DNA from: Tubulanus polymorphus
Taxonomy: Eukaryota; Animalia; Nemertea
Direction: 5' to 3'
NCBI RefSeq assembly: GCF_964204645.1
Contig: NC_134029.1
Span: 22,252,950 to 22,316,949 of the forward strand
DNA length: 64,000 nucleotides
Made by a program: the position numbers and the translations under genes. The notes beneath the pieces were generated by a model. The model was not told the origin of the DNA and searched no databases. It saw only the letters and a list, made by a program, of their open reading frames with translations. Within the stretch, counting starts at the first letter, position 1. Every line of letters begins with the position of its first letter. Shown piece after piece: positions 57,207 to 64,000 of this stretch.

Positions 57207-58001
57207 ATGCGCTCTTTAGTTTTATTGGCTCTGGTTTGTTTGGTGGTGGCACTGTACTCTGTTCAGCCGGGAGAAGCAGCGACATACCACTGTCGTCGTT
57301 ATTGTTTTATTCGCTGCCATTATTTCCCTGGATATGGCTGGAGATGTTTCATCTACTGCAGGTATGGATGCATCAGACATTACCACAAACGAGACGTTGC
57401 TGAAGTAGCCAATGTAAGTTTTTTTTTCTATTTTATGTTATCAGTTTATCGTAATCATTTTTTATTTCGAAACGAATGTAACAAGACACTGACTGTATTT
57501 CATATTGGTATAATCGACTTTTCATAGGAAGCGAATAGAACAGATACCGAACACAAAGTACACAAAGTATCAATTCCGAACAACTTCGATTTCTTCGATA
57601 TAGACGAAGATGAAAAGATATCAGTGGATGAATTTGCCGCTGGAATGAATTTGGATGACGATGATGCTAAATTCTTCATACACCAGGCCGACAATAATGG
57701 TAAGTTACGAGTAATAATGTTGGTTAATCTACTCTTGCAATGTGTGTGATAATGTTCTAAACACAGAACTAAATACAGATTAGATATACCGTGTATCTCC
57801 TACATTGCAGAGGACTCATTTGTTGACAGGGAAGAATTCAAAAACGCTCCCTGGCCATTCCAGGAAAAGAATGATGGTAAGTGAAAACTACTGTAAATTG
57901 TCGGTTATCCTCCAACTTACATCAAATCTGTATCTTCGTATCTTTATTCAAAATCTCTTTTCATATTTTCAGTTGAATCGTGTGACTGCAAGAAACCATA
58001 A
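57207..58001 (+). CDS. Secreted precursor, copy 1 (157 aa): signal peptide + 6-Cys cationic hairpin-like peptide + KR + two-EF-hand acidic pro-domain
   Basis: Coding exons 57207-57413, 57528-57699, 57811-57876, 57973-58001 (474 nt, GT-AG, phases 0/1/1). Protein: MRSLVLLALVCLVVALYSVQPGEA / ATYHCRRYCFIRCHYFPGYGWRCFIYCRYGCIRHYH / KR / DVAEVANEANRTDTEHKVHKVSIPNNFDFFDIDEDEKISVDEFAAGMNLDDDDAKFFIHQADNNEDSFVDREEFKNAPWPFQEKNDVESCDCKKP. The paralog at 59308-61232 has the same exon structure. Probable non-coding first exon ~57057-57114 (donor GTAAGT at 57115). Confidence 0.85.
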
Positions 58002-59081
58002 CCGAGTGAAGCAATGACAAATCGCTCTCACTAGACTAGCACATACCTACATAGATTACTGCAACCGTCCAATTTATTTATATATGACAATTTTACTAAT
58101 TTACTAATTCTATCGTGTTCCATGTATTTCTGTTATTCTTTCTTTGATTCTTTATTGATGATTGAGTGAAATATTAATTATTGTTATCATAATTACACTT
58201 TTTGTAACAAATAATAGATCTGATGATATTTATTCGCTTCTACGTAGAATTATATTTTCATAACAGATAAGTATGTAAAATACCGCATAATAAACTATGA
58301 GATATAGATAGATGAAAAAATGTCTTTGTATTCTTTGATTAAGTGATTCTGACTTTTATTACGCGTTCTCGTAGTGGTTCTGATGAGATATTTCAACGTA
58401 TGATGGAACTCGGGAGCGAGGAAAAGACAAAGTCCCTCTTTGTGCCAACCTTATGAAACATGCAGAATTCCTTGACGGAGGAGTTACGACTTACGACTTA
58501 CGAATTTCTAAATGATCGAGATACAACGTTGTTAATGGTGGTGCCCGGTGGTATTTGATGGAACAGTCAGCGGTTACGTCGTTTATCGCAGAGGACTTCA
58601 ATTTATTATGGTGGCTGATTCGATTCATACTAAACACTTTTTCTGTACGGCGAGAGACACGATAAAAAATTTTCATACTGGCCCGTTTTTTTCTTTTCTC
58701 GCGCGAGATAATAGATCTGGTGGTATTTATTCGTTTTTAACGTAAAAGTATATTTTCATAGAAAAAGATCAGTGTGTAAAATACCGCATAATCAGCCATA
58801 AAATTTAGATAGTTGAAAATTATATCTTCCAGTTTTTCATTGAAATTTATTATGATTCTTTTTACACGGTCCAATAGTGGTTTTGATTTATATTTCAACC
58901 AGCCTTTCTTGAAGTGAAAGTATGCCATGTCGGACAAAGAAGTATATAATATCAACTTATTCTCATTTCAAAAGGAAAGGCTTTTGAATCTGACACGATT
59001 TATTGTCCTTGCGAATATTTAGTTCAATTGATGACTCTCTTTATTAAGATTTTATGCATTTTTGGCTGAATTGTGAATATT

Positions 59082-59145
59082 TTGCTCAATGGGGTTTTTT
59101 CTATCTGGAAAACCCCTTATAAATTTGAGCAAATACTGCATAAAA
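59082..59145 (+). promoter_or_regulatory. Homologous promoter of peptide copy 2
   Basis: TTGCTCAAT 59082-59090; GGGGTTTTTT 59091-59100; GGAAAACCCC 59107-59116 (reverse GGGGTTTTCC matches GGGRNWYYCC); TTGAGCAA 59125-59132; the TATA-equivalent reads CATAAAA 59139-59145. Confidence 0.5.
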
Positions 59146-59307
59146 GTAGCGAAAAACCGAATATTTTTATAAACAACTCAGATTACTGAAGAAAAGTTTA
59201 CAAGATTATTCAACACTTCAACAAATGCAAGTAACAATCTCTCAATGTCCATTCTCTTTTCGTTTAATGAATTCGTTTTATGAACTTATTTTTTTTTCCA
59301 GCTGAAG

Positions 59308-61232
59308 ATGCGTTATTAAGTGTTATCGGTTCTGGTTTGTTTGGTGTTGGCGCTCTACTGCATTCAGCCGGGAGAAGCAAGAACATTCCATTGTAATCGT
59401 TATTGTAGAGTTCGCTGCGTTTATAGCAGATGCGGCCGGTGGACTTGTGGTATCCGCTGCTATATCGCTTGCCACGGACGAAGGCACAAACCGGAGACGT
59501 TTCTGATGTAGCCGCTGTGAGTTTTTTTCTGATTCTTTTATATCATCATCAGTGTTATCTGAATCGTTTTCAATTTTGAAACGGAAGTGATAAGAGACTG
59601 ACTGTATTTCACGTTGGTGTAATTGACGTTTTATAGGAAGCAAATAGAACACGGCACCAAGAACACGATGTAGCGATCCCGAATGATTTCGACAGCTTCG
59701 ATATAGACGAAGATGAAAAGATATCTATGGAAGAATTTGCCGCTGGAATGAGTTTGGATGACGATGATGCAAGATATTTCATACACCAGGCCGACAATGA
59801 TGGTAAGTTGCGCATAGTAATGTTGGCTAATCTACTCGTACAATGTTTGTAATAATGTTCTAAACACAAAACTAAATACAGATTAGATTTACTGCAGATC
59901 TAGATTTTTTTTAGATTTAATCTATTGCTCCAGATATTATGCAATTTTTTCGAGCACAGGATACAAAACAATAAACAATTTACAGTAACACAGTAACACA
60001 GTTACAATTACTCCAGTTACATTTAAAATATACAGTTATTGTAACAGTTTCTTCTTCTATACATATTTCATTATACACGTGATGTGCACAGCGATGGCTA
60101 GGCGATTCTATGTGGGTTTTTTAATAAATACTGCTAGCTTACTCAATATGTTTGGGTCTTGTGAAGTAAAAAGATTCATAAAATTTCTTAAGTTAGGGAT
60201 ATTTAGTGGTTGTTGCGGTATGTAGCGACTTCTTAAACTTTCAAAAAAGTACACTCATTATGAAATGGTATTCGTCGACAATTTTTCCTAGGTTACATTT
60301 GGTACAAAGTCGTTCATTGCGGGGAATATGTTCGTATCTTCCCGTTTCAATCGGTAGGTGATGGTTAGAACAACGGAACCGTATTAAAATTGTCCTTAGG
60401 TCAAATGGTAACGCTAGTGAACATATTTCCCGCCCCCAATTCAGCTTAATAATTCCGTAAGCATCTAGTTTTGTTGAGGCTTCAATTGTCTGGTGCCATT
60501 TCTGTTTAAATTGGTCTTGTAAACGTAGTTTAACAATTTCTGACAAATAACGGCAGTTCGGGAAAGATTGTTCGTACCAAATATAACTTATGGACCACAG
60601 TTTTCTAAGATCGACTGGATTCACGTTATCCATTTACTGGTCTTACCATTTACATGATTTTTTGATAGGATGCGATATATTTTACCGGAATGAGTGTTGC
60701 TCTCTGTAATCAGGTGTCCCCAAAACTTTACCATTCTGACTTTTATTTGTATTTCAAAGGAAAATCGTCCTAATTCTCTGTAAACCATAGCGTTTGGTGT
60801 TGCACGTTTCAATTTCAATAGGTATTTGCAGAACATAAGGTGTATTTTCTCGATTGCATCTAAGTTCGAGAAACCCCGTATTTCACTACCAAAAGTAAGG
60901 ATTGATCCAACCATTGCATCAAAAATTCTAAATGCAATGTCTATAGTTAAAGAGTATTGCTGTACTTTTTAAGTACAAAAAATAGTGCTTTTTTCGCTTG
61001 GTCGCAGACATCGCCTACATTGTATATCTCCTACATTGCAGAGGACTCATTTATCGACAGGGAAGAATTCAAACACGCTCCCTGGCCATTCCAGGAAAAG
61101 AATGATGGTAAGTGAAAACTACTGCGAATTGTCGGTTATGTTCAAACTCCGAGCAGATCTTTATCCTCGTAATTTCATGTAAAATCTCTTTTCGTATTTT
61201 CAGTTGAATCGTGTGACTGCAAGAAACCATAA
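59308..61232 (+). pseudogene. Disabled paralog (copy 2) of the Cys-hairpin/EF-hand precursor
   Basis: Exons 59308-59516, 59637-59802, 61042-61107, 61204-61232 align with copy 1. Codon 4 is TAA (59317-59319; TTA in copy 1). There is a +2-nt frameshift at the KR site (aaaccggagac vs aaacgagac, ~59491), and a LINE fragment sits in the intron between the two EF-hand exons. Confidence 0.85.
59895..61022 (-). mobile_element. 5'-truncated, frameshifted non-LTR retrotransposon (LINE ORF2 C-terminal part; RTE-X-like, tentative)
   Basis: Minus-strand fragments LDAIEKIHLMFCKYLLKLKRATPNAMVYRELGR and RFRCSNHHLPIETGRYEHIPRNERLCTKCNLGKIVDEYHFI (C-terminal Cys/His knuckle of LINE ORF2), continuing in another frame as RYIP...LSKLAVFIKK. 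The sequence is absent from the homologous intron of copy 1. T8 run near 59905 marks the 3' end. Boundaries are approximate. Confidence 0.85.
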
Positions 61233-61890
61233 CCGACTGGAACATTAACAAATCGCTCTCACTAGACTAGCACATACCTACGTAGATTACTGCAACCGTC
61301 CAATTTATTTATATATGACAATTTTATATTTCATTCGCTTTTAACGTGAAAATATATTTTAATAGAAAAAGATAATATGTAAAATACCGCATAATAAACT
61401 ATGAAATATAGATGGATGTCAAAATATCTTATTGAGTTTATATGTATCCTATTACACGTTCCAATAGTGGTTTGTTTAGGTTCATAATTCATCGTACGAC
61501 TAAAAAGAACGAGGAAAATGCACAATCCCTACTTATACCAACTTCGTAAAACACGCAGAACTCATTGACTGAACAGTTCCGATCTATTTATGTCTAAATG
61601 ACGGAGATACACCCTTGCTAATGGTAGTGCCCGGTGGTAATGGATGAAACACACGGCGGTGACGTCGCTTAACGCAGAAGACGTCACTGCAAGTAAAAAT
61701 GAATTAACTTTATAATCAAAGTGCTCAGTTTTTATGATAAGTTAATCAAATTGGAATAAAAGAAATTAAGGAAGACAGACAGTTAAGGTTTTCCACATCA
61801 TGTAGATGTTTTGACGGAGGCTACGAACAAAAAATACTTAAGTTATCAATATACTTTATTGATGTCGGTGTTTTTATCGATTGGTCCAGC

Positions 61891-62310
61891 AAAATGGTGG
61901 ATTTCCCCATCTTATATATTCCAATGTTTCATTCTTCTCAATTGTTTAGCTGCAAATTCAAATAGAATTCATAATTAACTGGGTTGTAAATTACATATAT
62001 TATTTTTTTTAAACACGCATCAAATATTGTTTCAAATAATGGAAAAACTGTTTCTCTAAATGATCGTACTTCGTCTGTGCCGATGATTGCGTCGAATGTG
62101 GGAGGGCCCCAGCGACAATCACTTCACCGGCACCGAAACAACATCAATCATTCGCATCATCGTCGTTATCGTCATTATCATCACCAAGTCGAGGTCAGTC
62201 GCATCGTCATCACAAACGTCATAAGAAATCCAACGCGCAGGCAGTTACAGGAAAAATGAGATCATTGGACAGTCAATAAAATAAACACATCCCCGAAATA
62301 GACGGTTAGA
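61891..62310 (+). pseudogene. Duplicated, decayed 3' fragments of the P5B ATPase gene
   Basis: 61891-61985 resembles exon 25 (shared ttgtttagctgcaaatt, cccatc..tatattcc.atg). About 62010-62310 closely copies 56010-56308 (end of the last exon through the stop) with indels that break the frame. Confidence 0.8.
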
Positions 62311-62483
62311 TATGGTGGCTGATTAGGGCCAAAAATTCCGTGCAATATACCATGCAAAAAATATATATTGCTTCGTTTCTGCGTCCGTTTCAGCGTGGCG
62401 CAAAAACGAAATTTACCGCGCTAAAACGCACCAAAACGGGCGCTGAAACGAATGTTCGTTTCTGCGTTCGTTTTGGCGCGTTT

Positions 62484-64000
62484 CGACCAATAATTGATCA
62501 AATTCTGACATTTGAAATAGAATTTTCATGTTCTCTACGCGTCATCTGGGATAACGAAATCGATCCAAAATACTGAGGCCATTCAGAGTTCACGTGTTAC
62601 TAGTGATTTAGAGACTTTCTTTCAAATTCATGTGACTCGTGTAAATAAATACTCTTATTCAAAATATCGCCTAAAAATGCTTTCTTTCTCATATTTTCGT
62701 GGACACGACTTTTGTCTAGTTAAGTACAAACTAGACGGTTAGACACATCGACCAATCATTGATCAAATTCGGACATTTTACTATTTCCAGGCTAACTGTG
62801 ACCGGACGACACAGTCTCCAGAACGCTTTGTTTTTGCGCGGTGTGGCGCCACGTCACAGGTGTTTGACCTACTTATCCCCTTACTGTCTAAATGGCAATG
62901 TATAAAGCTTATACGGCTTGTATGTATGCTTAGTCCTGGCAACCCCAGGGACTTGTTTTTGTTCGAGCTCGCTGGCGGGTGTATGAATAAAATCTATGTA
63001 GGTCACGAAAGTCATTATCGGTGAATTGAGGTCAAGTTGTGTAAACAAAGTAGGGCAAAATTGAAAGCTTTATAAATAGACACAGCGGCTGGTATACGGT
63101 GTCTATACATGACGCAGTGGATATAATGAAGATATATAGAGAGAATATGAAGCTGCAGTTAGGGGTAGGGGTACCCGAATGACCCGAAAGTAGGTCAATT
63201 TTTTGTTGTTGACATTTTGGGGGCCCCTAACGACCCCAGAATAGCTAGATCATCAGAAACAAGCTGAATCATCATATTTTAGTGTAGGGAAGCGTATTAG
63301 ACCGTCTAGAAGTTTGAGAACTAGAATTTTTTTTCGAAATAAAGTTAGCAAAATCTCAGGATCTGGTTTTTAGGGAAGTCGCATGGAAAGAGTTTTAAGT
63401 AGAATGTTCATGTTCTCTACGCGTCATCTGGGATAACGAAATCGATCTAAAATACTGAGACCATTCAGAGTTCACGTGTTATCACTGATTTAGAGACTTT
63501 CTTTCAAATTCACGTGACTCTAGTAAATGAATAATCACTCATAAAAATATCGCCTATAAGAATGCTTTTTTCTTCCTATGTTTTTCATCAACACGGTTAT
63601 TGTCTAGTTTAGTACAGCTGCAATACACCCCCAGCCCTGATTATCTTTAAGGACGTATTTTGATAATTCTCTCTCCATTCTAAAAGTTAAAACCTTTTTA
63701 CATATCTATTAGATCTGCGTTCCAGACTTTTGCAAAAAATATTGGTATGTCCCGAATCAGCAACCATACTAGACACCTAATGAAGGGTGCAAAAATGGGA
63801 TTAGCATTAAAGAATCCCTGGAAAATGATCGATCGAACGTTTCATTGCTGACAGATAAAAATCTTTAGAAAATGTCAAAAGTTTCCCGCAGATTTATATC
63901 CACCAAGTATTTATGGTTATGTAACTGCCAAACCACCCTTTGTTGAGGTTTCGGACTAAGAAGTAAATAATATCAACATATTCTTATTTCAAAAAGAAAT
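62484..64000 (+). repeat. Further segmental copies of the ATPase 3'UTR / peptide-gene upstream flank
   Basis: 62484-62720 resembles 56312-56550. 62731-62778 plus 63401-63935 resemble 56296-56800, split by an insertion. 63971-64000 (tatcaacatattcttatttcaaaaagaaat) resembles 58950-58979 upstream of copy 2. Confidence 0.8.
62779..63400. mobile_element. ~620-bp non-coding insertion (probable non-autonomous element)
   Basis: Interrupts the duplicated flank between ggacattt and agaatgttcatg, which are 5 bp apart at 56334-56360. No ORF. The family was not identified. Confidence 0.5.

Noticed and set aside
57414-57527. Hydrophobic C-terminus (VSFFFYFMLSVY...) of the 106-aa ORF as a membrane anchor
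   Set aside because: Intron read-through after the GTAAGT donor at 57414.
57500-59869. Paired minus-strand ORFs 57500-57694 and 59609-59869
   Set aside because: Antisense of the EF-hand exons; their similarity reflects the plus-strand duplication.
62077-62259. His-rich 60-aa ORF as a separate gene
   Set aside because: Frameshifted reading of the duplicated ATPase last-exon fragment.

Overview
Eukaryotic genomic DNA with GT-AG introns, AT-rich but CpG-rich, from an invertebrate animal. It is probably a protostome/lophotrochozoan (inferred from a GABA-B-R3-type receptor). All genes are on the + strand. (1) A 17-coding-exon class C GPCR of the GABA-B-R3 type (11798-45341, ~1425 aa) with a ~370-aa glycosylated N-terminal extension and a 19.8-kb first coding intron. 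(2) A 26-exon P5B-type ATPase, ATP13A2/3-like (47083-56306, ~1484 aa), with intact catalytic motifs but a remodelled transmembrane cargo site and a ~400-aa disordered tail. (3) A tandem array of small secreted precursors: signal peptide + 36-aa Arg/aromatic-rich peptide with a symmetric C-x3-C-x3-C-x9-C-x3-C-x3-C array + KR + acidic two-EF-hand pro-domain. Copy 1 (57207-58001) is intact and has a kB/C-EBP/TATA promoter. Copy 2 (59308-61232) is a pseudogene carrying a LINE fragment. The upstream flank of a probable third copy runs off the window end. This candidate hairpin defence-peptide/toxin family is the most interesting system here. Also present: a 113-bp-arm palindrome with a hammerhead-like core, microsatellites and dispersed repeats. 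Exon models were built by hand and no database searches were run.
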